A DNA stretch of 64,000 bases from Monocercomonoides exilis PA203 (lineage: Eukaryota; Protista; Preaxostyla), in NCBI GenBank assembly GCA_001643675.2, contig LSRY02000009.1:1798001-1862000 (forward strand). Reading direction: 5' to 3'. Below the pieces are notes generated by a model, which searched no databases, had not been told where the DNA came from, and saw nothing but the letters and a program-made list of their open reading frames with translations. Positions 37,522 to 48,763 of this stretch are shown here, one piece after another (the stretch's first letter is position 1; the number at the start of each line of letters is the position of its first letter). A program made the position numbers and the translations under genes.

Positions 37522-40278
37522 TTATAAAAGAAGCAATGCGTTTAGTGTTTCTGGTGAAAGCGAGAACCTTCTGTCTCCAATAATTCGTCTTAAGCGAGAG
37601 AAAATTCTCTCACAAGATGCTTCGCTGCAGGGAAACATCGTTAAAGAATAGCAAATATTGGCAAAAATTGTTGGAATAATTCCTTGCTTGCTGATTTCAG
37701 AATAGAAAACTTGAGAATTATAATGTTCCACGTGCAGAGAGTCGTCCAGAAAAATTGAAGAAAAGAATGCTTTGAGGCTCTCAATATAGCAAGAAGCTTT
37801 CAGACATGAAATTTTTAGAAGATAATCATTGAATGCTGACTTCAATCTCAGAAACCAATCCATATTAATTGTTTGTTGGATTTTGAATAGAGATTTCTTG
37901 ATTTGTTCTGCTGACATTGTGCAATCAATGACTGAAAATTCATTTGCGCCAAGTTCTTCAACGTCTTTGTCATCTTCTGAAGTGTTTTCAACATTATCTG
38001 AGCTTTTATCTTCATCTTTTTTTGTTGAATTTGATTGCATGTCATGATCTTCAAGTTGTGAATGGTTTTTTCTTGTTTCGAAAAATGATGACTCTTGCTC
38101 ACTTCTAACACAGAAAGGAGAATGAACCTCGAATTCATCATCAGCTGCATTATTTTCTGCTTGAATAATGCCTGCTTCGTCGAAATCAATTTCATCGAGG
38201 TTTTCATCTTCATTTGAAATTGCTTCTTTTTCAATCAGTGAATTTTCTGTCAAAAGAGTTAATAAATGCAGCAAACTGTTGTTATGTGTATAGATTGGTG
38301 AAGTCGATGATATGGAGTGAAAATCTTTTGGAAGCGGCTGAAGTTGAACTTGTGTTTCAGTAATTGCGTCTGCTATTTTATCTTTTTCTGGGCTTATAAA
38401 TTGGAGAGCAGAATAAAAAGTCTCAACCGATAACGGAGAAGAGAATATTGGGTGAGGAAAATTTGTTGGAAAATTAGTTTTTTCATTCTTCGAAAAAAAT
38501 GAAAGCGCGTATTGTTTGTCTGCAAAAAATCCATTTTCGCTGTTCTTATCTTCCATTGCATGAGAAAATGTTTGTAACTTTTTCTGTTGATTCTTTGTAA
38601 GCACAATATTTGGAATTTCTTTTGAAGGACAAAGAAAGGCAGAGTCACTTGGCATAATATCTTTTGTGGATTGAATTGATGTACCGCAACGCATCCTTTG
38701 AATTTGAGTCTGATCTGAATCCTTTGAAAATGCAGATGAACATTTGAACAGCCTGTATTTTTCTTTCAATGTCATAAGTTCTGTTGAATAAGACTTTGAA
38801 AGCAAACCGTTTCTATATTCAAGAATACCAATTGGAGTTAAGGAATGAGCCAAAGCGATTTGATCTCCTCGTTCTTTCCCTAAAAATGAATTGAACAGTT
38901 GGATTACAATAAAGCAAACTCCATATTGCCAATCGGGGGAAGAAAATTCCTCAAGATCTTGCAACCACATGTATTGTGCAATGGATTTCAGAACATTGGG
39001 AAACACATCGCCAAGTTTTGTTTCATCGTTTTCAAATAATAACTGCAGTTGTTTCAGAGGTGCAAGTAATAATTCACATCGGATCACATCATCAATTTTT
39101 TCTTTGGATAAAAAATCTGTAAATGACGCATTGTGAAGATTTTTTGTTATAAAACAACATATTTCGAAAAGACAAAGCCACCTCGTTTCTATGAAAGAGG
39201 GGCATTTCGGTAAAAACGGGTTCTTTGTTGATGATTTTCTTGTTAACTTTGAAAATGATGTAATTTCTTCCTTTAATTGAACGAAAAATGAATAATTCTT
39301 AAAAAGGCGTATGACAATTAGATTGATTAAGTGGTTACAACAGTAAACAAATATCGGTGAAATTTTCTTCGGTGTTTCTTCGTCTGAGCACAACTTCGAA
39401 TGATCTGCAAAGCTTTGAATTGCGAGTTTTTGTGGAAGCAAGCCGTCCGTACAAAAACAGCGCACTTCTCCTTTCAAATTCGAAACTTCTCCAATAATAT
39501 CACTAGCCAGATTGAAGTAATCAGTGGTTGTGAAACATGCCTTTTCAATTTTCCAGAAAAATGGAGATGCCTTTGTCTGCAACGGAACAATTGTGATGAC
39601 AGTGTATTTTTTTCCAGCAACTATCCCTCCGTCCATCATTACGGCAACCATTGAATTGAATATTTTTGCATTTCGTTCAGAAATTCTTTTCTTTCCTTCT
39701 TCTTGAATAAGTGCTGTCAGCTTTCTATATGTGAGAGTTGGAAATATGGTTGTCGGTGAAAGAGTTGGATTTTGTTGGGAAGTGATAATTAAAGAAGAAA
39801 TAAATTTGTTGAATTCATTGGAGTAAGCAGAAAGAAAAGCAATGTTGCAATGACCAATTAAATGTAAATATTGCTCAACCAACGAATCAAATTGAAAATG
39901 AGTTGGAACAATTTTCTTTGCTGACGCTTCAGACAATCTTGAAGATGGATGAAACTTGAAATATGGCAAAATAGAAGATGTAGTCGTCAATGCGCATCGA
40001 TGATTTGTAACTTTTTCGCATCCTTTTCGCCCGGAGGTGGCACAATTTATTCCTTGTTTGCTGTTTGGGCACAAGAAATAAATATGTCCATCTTTTTTAA
40101 GAGATCCATCTGTCTTGACAGGAGTATATGCTAGCCAAAGCTTTCCATTACATGTTTCAAAATGAATCTTTCCAATTTCTTCTCCAGTATTGTTTGGGTG
40201 TTTGTAGACTTGTTTAAAAGCAGAAAAATGCAAATTAATCTGAGTGATAATATATATGAAACATACAATTTCCGCCAT
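37522..40278 (-). CDS. hAT family transposase, 918 aa
   Basis: VMMDG (D216), CTDG (D278), CCNH (CxxH), ETRW, and a C-terminal hAT dimerisation motif PCSEASCERIFS..RRFSLSPETL (E890). Cys/His-rich N-terminus. Uninterrupted ORF between the TIRs. Confidence 0.93.
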   Translation of the reverse strand: MAEIVCFIYIITQINLHFSAFKQVYKHPNNTGEEIGKIHFETCNGKLWLAYTPVKTDGSLKKDGHIYFLCPNSKQGINCATSGRKGCEKVTNHRCALTTTSSILPYFKFHPSSRLSEASAKKIVPTHFQFDSLVEQYLHLIGHCNIAFLSAYSNEFNKFISSLIITSQQNPTLSPTTIFPTLTYRKLTALIQEEGKKRISERNAKIFNSMVAVMMDGGIVAGKKYTVITIVPLQTKASPFFWKIEKACFTTTDYFNLASDIIGEVSNLKGEVRCFCTDGLLPQKLAIQSFADHSKLCSDEETPKKISPIFVYCCNHLINLIVIRLFKNYSFFVQLKEEITSFSKLTRKSSTKNPFLPKCPSFIETRWLCLFEICCFITKNLHNASFTDFLSKEKIDDVIRCELLLAPLKQLQLLFENDETKLGDVFPNVLKSIAQYMWLQDLEEFSSPDWQYGVCFIVIQLFNSFLGKERGDQIALAHSLTPIGILEYRNGLLSKSYSTELMTLKEKYRLFKCSSAFSKDSDQTQIQRMRCGTSIQSTKDIMPSDSAFLCPSKEIPNIVLTKNQQKKLQTFSHAMEDKNSENGFFADKQYALSFFSKNEKTNFPTNFPHPIFSSPLSVETFYSALQFISPEKDKIADAITETQVQLQPLPKDFHSISSTSPIYTHNNSLLHLLTLLTENSLIEKEAISNEDENLDEIDFDEAGIIQAENNAADDEFEVHSPFCVRSEQESSFFETRKNHSQLEDHDMQSNSTKKDEDKSSDNVENTSEDDKDVEELGANEFSVIDCTMSAEQIKKSLFKIQQTINMDWFLRLKSAFNDYLLKISCLKASCYIESLKAFFSSIFLDDSLHVEHYNSQVFYSEISKQGIIPTIFANICYSLTMFPCSEASCERIFSRLRRIIGDRRFSLSPETLNALLLL

Positions 40279-41106
40279 TGAAAGATTTTGTTCTTATTAA
40301 TTCCACGAATGTGCATTCATTGTTCTTTAATTCCTCAACTTTTCTTTCAAACGCTTCAAGCTGCAAAGATGAATTATATTAAAAAATAAATAATTATACA
40401 TGCTGGGATAAAATAAAATTGCCAAACAATATTTTTCGCTGACAAGCATCTTTGTAATTCTATCGGCAATTCTTTAATAAAGTCATTTAGATTCATTTCA
40501 CTCATTTTTCAAATGATCTCGACAAACCGACTGATCTCAACAGACAGACTGATCAAGACATGATCAAGTCGAAAAGATCTGTCGATTCGTCAATAAAACA
40601 ATATTTTTGCATTTTCATGTTTTATTATTCATTTAAGTCATTCATAAAATAAAATAGAGCAAAAAAATTTTTTGAATTAAAATGTTATCCAATTTTTCAA
40701 TTTTTCCAAATTAATGATTCTGAAAAGAGTTTAGAAATTCATTGTCGGTCAAATTGTCGTTTCCGTTTGACAGAGTCTGTATGTCGCAAAGGCTTAACTA
40801 AACACAACAAAAATTTCACAAAAACCAAACAAAAGCAACGAATTTTTTGTTGATCTCATTGTTCTCGATACAAATTTTTTTGAAGAGAGTAATATTTTTT
40901 CCTAAATAAACTCTTTTAGGACGAAAATTGTTTGCAGATATTTTTCTAAAGAGAAATGATTGAATGAACCTTTCAATATACCCTAATTCCAAATGTTATC
41001 CTTAAATTTGTCATGAAAAAATTATCTATATAAATCTTGTCCAAAATAATGGGTGAAAAAAATGTGTTCTCTCTTGTTCATCTTCCAGCAAAAAAAAAAA
41101 AAAAAA

Positions 41107-41150
<44 letters not shown>

Positions 41151-41229
41151 GAGTTGAGCATAAATCATCTGATCTATTTATATAACTTGCTTGGGATTCG
41201 AAACTTGATTATTTATTTGCTTCTTTTTG

Positions 41230-41590
41230 TCAAAATAGACACACGTGTTTCAGGGGGATATAATATTTCGAGAGTTTGTTCACAAATGCGGAACGAAAGA
41301 CAGTAAGTTTTTGAAATAGAAACAATAACTCTTGTCATTATGGAAGCAATGCAGTGAAAACGGAAGGACAGGAAAGGAAGAAAGAAATAACAAGTGTAGA
41401 TTTTCGGAGGGGTGGAAAGATAAGATGGTGGTGGAAAGGGGAAACGGTTTATGATTGTCGCTCCAAACAGAAAAAAGGAAACTTTGATTCCAATTGTCCA
41501 AAAATACACAAAAGATGGAATATTTATTATTCCCGATCAATTGCGCGGTTATTCTTCACTGAAAACTCTTGGATATAAACATGTGTAATT
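41230..41590 (+). mobile_element. Merlin/IS1595 (ISXO2-like) transposase remnant
   Basis: Reads KRKDRKGRKK*QV*IFGGVER*DGGGKGKRFMIVAPNRKKETLIPIVQKYTKDGIFIIPDQLRGYSSLKTLGYKH, homologous to 55220-55450. Multiple stops, and no TIRs were found. Confidence 0.8.
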
Positions 41591-42192
41591 CTTTTTGAAA
41601 AGTCGCAAATGTTTAATTCACAAATTAATTATAAATTTCATATTTTGTTGAAATTTCTGTTTCCACTCGCGAATCTTCAAAAGAATGTTTGAAATAGCAT
41701 TATCCAGAAATAGATCCCATATTAGTGAAGTTTGGTGTATATCAACAAAAACCTGAGCAAAATGGAAAATATCTGAAATGAATGAAAATGAAACATTTGT
41801 GACTTTTCAAAAAAAAATTACCCACATCAATCTGTGTGCCACAAAAGACATTACTGAATTCCTGAAACTGGAACGTGTGCAAATACAATTGAAGGATCAT
41901 GGCAACATCAACGATGCACACACACTTAATTTGGTTCAAGGATCAGACAAAAGCATGACTCTCTTTAACTGTTTTTGGTAAAATCAAAATTTTATTAAAC
42001 GTTCATTCAATTAATAAAATATCTGCAATTTGAAAAAGAAACTGAACATGTTCAAATGAAAGAGAAAGAAGAAGAAGAAGAAGAAATTACAAATGAAAAA
42101 AAGGAAATCACAGATATCGAAAATATTTTTTATGAAAATTGCAATGTTGAGTCTGATAAGGATTTCGGAGCAAGAGATGGGACAATTTAATA

Positions 42193-43095
42193 CACCATTT
42201 ATTATTCAAATTTGGTAAACTTATTATTCGAAATTATTTAACTTAATATTCATAATTGGTCAATTAATTATTCAAAACTGTTAAACTTTTTAATCGAAAT
42301 TGGAAAACTTCTTTTTCAAAATCAATAAAATTGAGCATTTTTTTTTAAAAAATCATTTGTGAAAACTTGATTTTTTGCTGAGTATCGGAAAGTGATAAAA
42401 ATATTAAAAATTTTCATTATCAATAAAAAGGATAAAAAATTGAACCTCTATAATTATTATTTGTGAATAAACATGAAAATTTCTGATTTTTCAGAAAAAA
42501 ATCATCATCCATGAAATCTGATTATTTTCAAATGAATAAATCTCACATTGTGAGTCAATGAATTATTCAATAAAGAAAAGTTATTTGAAATAATAGATAG
42601 GAAGATGAACAATAAATAATAAAAGATGAATTCCAAAGATGAATTCATGGATTTATTCACTAATAAAAAAAATACTTGTTTCCAGTTTGTAAAATTGATG
42701 CAAATTACTTTTCTTTATTGAATAATTCATTGACTCACAATGTGAGATTTATTCATTTGAGAATTATCCGATTTCATGGATGATGATTTTTTTCTGAAAA
42801 ATCAGAAATTTTCATGTTTATTCACAAATAATAATTATAGAGGTTCAATTTTTTATCCTTTTTATTGATAATGAAAATTTTAAATATTTTTATCACTTTC
42901 CGATACTCAGCAAAAAATCAAGTTTTCACAAATGATTTTTTAAAAAAAAATGCTCAATTTTATTGATTTTGAAAAAGAAGTTTTCCAATTTCGATTAAAA
43001 AGTTTAACAGTTTTGAATAATTAATTGACCAATTATGAATATTAAGTTAAATAATTTCGAATAATAAGTTTACCAAATTTGAATAATAAATGGTG
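42193..43095. mobile_element. 903-bp foldback (palindromic) TIR element with CACC...GGTG ends
   Basis: Arms 42193-42587 and 42701-43095 (~395 bp) are near-perfect reverse complements around a 113-bp spacer. ~22-bp subterminal repeats. Flanks are TA and TG. Confidence 0.92.
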
Positions 43096-44099
43096 TGTGA
43101 ATATAAACCTTAAATTTTATTTTTCTTTTTAAATGATAATATTCAAAATATTTTTCTTTTTTTCGAAGCTTTTTTATACAAATAAGTCACTTTTTTTATG
43201 AAATTCGGAAATAACTTCATTGATCGAAAAATATTTTTTTTTTAATTCTTCTTTAAACCATTTTAGCAATTTGTCATTCTCATGTAACTTATGAACAATA
43301 CATAATATGATAAACAACAAGATTTTATAATATTCTAACCAAACCTTAATATTCTGACAATGTTAAGGAAAAAAACCTCAAATATTATAATTTATTGATC
43401 ATGAGTTTTTTAGATAAAAAAGAGAAGTTTGAGGTGTTTGGAGCTTCTCCTTGCTAATTTTAACAGTAGCCACAGCGACATGAGTTGAAAATATTTCTAA
43501 AGGGTTTTATAGAATTGCAATCTTCATATTTTAGGTGAAATTTACAAATTTCGAATAATATTCAACCTGTTCATTGATAATACAATTTTATTGCAGCGCT
43601 AATCGCGTAAAAGAATTTTCAAAATTTACAGAACATTGGTGATTTGAATTTTTTGAAAAAATGACGGATCTGCCAATGCCACAGATAAAGTTTTGGATAT
43701 TCGAATTGCTGTCAAGCTGTTTCAAGTAATAATTGAATCATTCATTGAATCGTTTAAGGAGAACGACTTTTCTCATTTTGATGTATTTACAAAAAAGCAA
43801 ACCTCTTGCTCAATTGTCAAACTGGAATTAGCATTTTTCTGAATATTTTGGTTCTGGAGCATTAAAATGTGACAGACAGATGTCTAATGATACGTCAAAG
43901 AAGAATACGCTAAAAGGCAAGTGATAGGATGCATGAAAGAAGAGTTTTAGATGTAGTTTAAATGATTGGATCTTCTGAACCATCATAAGTTGCACATTTT
44001 TCTCATTGAAACGTAAATTAAGGCGTAAAGTGAAATTTTCCTTAAAGCGAGTGTTCCTCCAAGAGATTGGGCCTTATGCATGAAAATTCTATTCATAAA

Positions 44100-45230
44100 G
44101 AAGCCGAGCGTGATTCGATATCTTTCCGATTGCCATCTTCAGCTGAAATGGGTGATGCCACGCATCTTGTTCTGACCCTCCATTCTTTGAAACCTCATTC
44201 ATCTACGACTTCCTCACAACATCGTTCCGCAGAATTTCCATCTTAATCTTCACACAACGCTTCCGCCACTTCACACCTCCTCCCTTTCACCGAAGAATTT
44301 GACATACCTTCATCTTCCGAAGCCTTTGCGCATTGTATCTTTGCATTTCCCTGTGCACCGTACATCCTACACCAGCAGTGTGAGTATTCCCTTGTACTCT
44401 GCAAGGGCTCCCCACCTGCCCCACTCACTCTGCCGGCGGAAAGGCTTCCGCGTGTGCGATGTGCTGTGCGAAGAAGATCATTCTTGCAGAAAGAAGAAGC
44501 GGAGAAACAAACAGAAGATGTAAGTTTTGATAAGAGCTGGGGCTTTGGTTGGGACAGGGAATGCGATAGATGCGGGGCTTGGCAGCGGGCTGGGCATAGG
44601 CGCAGGCAACAGAACTGATGCAAACGGAGCTGTTGTGGAGGGAAAAGAAGGAGGTGAAGGAAATGGAGGAAGGAGAGTGAAGAAGAGGAAGAGGAAGAAG
44701 GAGAGGAAGAAGAAATAGGTGAAGAAGGTGAAGAAGAAGAAGAATTTCGAATTGACGATTCATTTCCCACCAAACAACGCGGAATTATATCAACCGAACT
44801 CGAATGCGTTTTGTCTTTCATGAAAAAACTTATGCTTTTCCTGAGAAACACGAGAAAAGCAGTAAGTGACAGACAATCGCTGCTAATGTGCAAGGAACGG
44901 GTGGTCGGCTGTCTTTTGCGGCTGGTTCTGTTCACAGTACAGCTGGGAAATACAAGAGCAGTTGGGCTATGCGAATGAACTTGTATATTTTGACAGGGAT
45001 GATTTAGGAAAGAAAGAGAAGTCGAAACAGAAGCAGCATTTATGCTGGTGAACCAGATGGAGCTGGTGGATGTGATGAGAGAGTGGAAGAGGGAGAAGGC
45101 GAAGAGGTTGCTGAAAGGGCAGAAGGAGGAGGAGAAGAGGAAGAAAGAGACGTGCTGTGAAGGATGGTGGAGGGAAGGAAAGCTGTTCAAGAAGGCACAC
45201 TTGCGGACAAGGTTTGTTGATGGTTTATAT
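44100..45230 (+). pseudogene. Probable decayed gene fragment, unknown function
   Basis: GC-richer stretch with protein-like plus-strand reading (ELECVLSFMKKLMLFLRN..., TEAAFMLVNQMELVDVMREW...) broken by stops. Confidence 0.4.
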
Positions 45231-47266
45231 GTGGCTTTATGTAATATTCATGCATTTATTTATAATCACAATAATTTCTTTTTATTAATACTTCCAATTT
45301 ATATGTTTTTTATTATTATTTAAAATTAATTATTTACATTTTTCCTTTTATTATTTTGAACAAAATGAACTTAAAACCTTCAATTTCGCCTCCAGAGCAT
45401 TTGTCACAGCCGACTTAGCCCTCTCTTTCTCTCCTGCAGTTAAGCACATATATCCCTTCGCCCACTGCTTCTTCTCCGTCCTCTCATTTCTAAATTATTC
45501 CTCCGCATTCCTTTCTTTTGTCGCATTGTTCTTCCGTTTTGTCTTTTCTGCCTTCAACTTTCTTCGCATTAAGACTTCTGAAGCAATAAAATTCGTTTTT
45601 AGAGGAAAAAAATCGCTTATCAAGAAAGCTATCGGAGATATATGCAGTCCAGAAAAATTTTGGACTCGGTGGGTTTTTGTTTTTGACGTAACACATTTTT
45701 CGAGCAAGTTGCAATTTGACACGTCAAAAGAACAAAGGAAGATACAAAACCGACTGACGAAATGCTGTTTGTGTTTTAGCAGCTCTTTCAACAGAAACAT
45801 TGGAATCGATCCAAAAAGAGGTGAAAGAAGAGTTTCTGATGCTGTTTTGATTTTGTCGTCGAATGTGATTCCAACTAGGCTGAAGGAAGGATGTTGCGTT
45901 GATGCTTCAAGGTGTGGATGAAGATGGAAGGGGATAAAAAATTAAAGGGAGAAGAAAAAGTGAATGTTATTGAAAAGGTTTTTTTTTCATTATTTTTTTA
46001 TTCTTTTTGTTTTTCTTATTAAAATCGATATTTATTCAATTTCAAAATTCATCATTTTCTGTTTTCTTGTTTTCATGTTTCTTAATGGCTTCAATATTAT
46101 TTATACGTTTTAATTTATATATCTTCTCAGCTTTTCTTAATTCTGAGCATCCCCTGAAGTTATCCACAGGCCATCTTTATCTTTCACATTTCGCTTATCA
46201 AACACAAAAAAATTGGAAATGACAGAAACTTCAAAGAAAACATTGGAATTGAAAGATCCGCTTCCTCCACCACCACCACCTCCTCCTCTTCCTCTTCCTC
46301 CTCCTCTTCCTCCTCTTCCTCCTCCTCCTCCTCCTCTTCTTCTTCTCGTCTTCTTCTTCTTCTTCTTCTTCTTCTCCTCCTCCTTCTTCTTCTTTATCCA
46401 CTAATTCATCAAATTTTTGTTTTCCATCGTCGTCAATTTCTCATATTCAACTTTTCATTTTCAACAGAGTGAAGTCAGAGAAAGTGAGATGTTGATTTCG
46501 CAGCTGCTGATAGTATTTTCTGACTTCTTCCTAATAACGATTTCACATTTGTTGTCCTTCAACCAAATCGATTTTTCATTCAAAGTGAACACAAGCTGCA
46601 ATTTTTGATACGTTTCACAAGATCATTCAGATGAGCTTTTTTTCAGAATTGCGCGATGTTTGCAGATGAGATTTGTAGATATTCTTCTCCAACAAGATTC
46701 CTCCATTTCCACTACCTTCTTCGCGTTATCCGCAAGCTCAAGAGACAGAAAAAATGGAAGAAGAAGGAAAAAATAAACACACATATCTCATTCCTTTCAT
46801 TCAGTCTGTTCATTCACATATTCTGTTTCTTCTTTTTCGTTTCATTCTTCCTCATTTTCACCCTCTTACTCACATATTCATGCATTATCTATCTTCATTT
46901 CAATGATTGTGATCTTTCTTTTCCTCTTCATTCTATTTCGACAAAAAGACAACATACAACTCTTATTAATTGGAATTCTGTCTCTTTCAGACAATGAATG
47001 GAATTGAAGTGAAGGGCAATGAAACAAAAAATTGGATGAACAACAAAAAAAGATTTCTGTTTAAAAGAGAAAGAAGAAAGTTAAAGAAAGAGTGAGAGAG
47101 AGAATACAATCGTGATTGACTTGCTTCATTTGTAAATTTGATGAAAAAGAAAATAAACATATCTGTTGAAATCATTCAATTTTTAATTTCATTTTGTGAA
47201 ATGAAAAAAAAAAAAAAAGAAAAAAAGAAATTCAAAGAAACAAAATGATATCAGAATTTCATTTCC

Positions 47267-48763
47267 TCAAATATTTACAAAATAATTAGAAATATTCAAT
47301 GACAATCTAAAATGATATTTTTTGCAAAGAAAATCAATTGCTCCATGAAAGCTGGTGATGGTATCTTCGTATCCTTCTTCTTCCATCTTTTCAAAAATCT
47401 TCCTTTTCGTAGCCTTTCTTTCCTCTTCTTCCCTTTCATCTTTATTCTTTTGTTTCAATTTCTTCGAAACATTCAAAAAGAATTGGAAGCATTCATTTGT
47501 CATGCCTTTATTCAACTTCGGTCGCTGCATCTCCTCCAAAACAGTATCAACAGCTCCTCCATTCAACAAGTCTTCAACTTTCACAACTCTTCTTTGCACC
47601 GCAATTCTCAAGGAGGAAATGCAGAGATTGCAAATTACTCCATTATTCCCTTTTGCTGCTCGATATATCTGTGCAATGCTGCTGATTAGCTCAACATTTT
47701 CTTCATTCTTCAATCGACAAATTTGAAAATAAATCGAGAATGTTTGCAGCCATCTCACCAATGCAAATTCTTCTTTCGTTTCTTTTCCTCCTTCCTCTCC
47801 TTTTTTCCTGTTCCAATCTTCATTTCTTGTCAGATATTCCAGTTCTCTTGCTGCTTCTCTTGCGAAATGCAGCTCATTCACAATAGTATCTTCCAAGAAT
47901 CCATTGGTGGAAAATCTATATATAAAAAATTGCCAAGCAGACTGATAGGCAAGTCGTGTCAGATTCTGATATTCCTGATGATGTTTGATGATTTCTTTGG
48001 TATCATTCAAATACAGTTCTTGCCTTAAAAACTAATTAGAAATAAGAAAAATAAGAAAAATATCAAAAGGAAATAATAATGTTCATACATCAAATTTGAT
48101 GTTGCCCAAAGCCAACAAAGCCATTTCCGCTTCCTTTTGTGTTTTTTCATTTTCCTCTTTCTTCAACGCCACTTTCAGAAGGCAAGGAACACAAATTGAA
48201 ATTATTTCAGGCGAGAGGAGATAATAAAGTGAAATATAGCATTCGCACAGATCAATCAGAAGCTTTTCATTCTTTTCCTCTTTTTTCTTCAGATTTTCTT
48301 CAGCAATCATCTTCTCAATTCTTTCACCCAAAGAAACTTTTTCAAAGCCAAAAAGATGTATTCTTTTCAAAATTTTCAAATATCCAATGTAATTCAACAA
48401 CAAAATTGCATTTTCCATCGAAAGTTTCTTTTCTTCAATCATTTTATGTATTTCATTGAAAAGTTCATCTAATAAAACAGATTCCAATTCTTCTTCTTTC
48501 ATTTCATCCATTAACACATTCATTTCAAAAATTTTCTGTTTCTGCTCAAAATAGGTGCTTTGTTCCAACTGTGAAAGTTTCTCTAAAAATGTTAAAAAAT
48601 CAAAAGAGAAAAAAGAAGCATTTGTTTTTTAAAACCAACTATTTCTTATAAAACGTTGCAAACCAAGATATATTTGACTTTTTGAAGTTGGCTGAGAAAT
48701 TGAAAAGTGAATCAAAAACAACAAATAAATTCGTTTTTCAGAATTGTCGTGTAAAATTCGCAT
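47267..48763 (-). CDS. Helical family copy 5. Exons 48763-48664, 48582-48089, 48031-47267
   Basis: Introns 48663-48583 (GTTTGC..TAG) and 48088-48032 (GTATGA..TAG). Exon 2 is 494 nt and all family motifs are present. Exon 1 and the start codon are less certain. Confidence 0.82.

Larger units (their letters stand above)
34587..40796 (-). mobile_element. Complete hAT-superfamily DNA transposon (6210 bp) with cargo
   Basis: TIRs TAATCCTTTGCGACA (34587-34601) and TGTCGCAAAGGCTTA (40782-40796) match at 14/15. Perfect 8-bp TSD ACTAAACA at 34579-34586 and 40797-40804. Subterminal GTCG/CGAC motifs at both ends. Encodes a hAT transposase. Confidence 0.95.

Noticed and set aside
41089-41155. Poly(A) tracts (also 22104 and 56103) as retroposon tails
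   Set aside because: No TSDs, no RT ORF and no shared upstream body were found.
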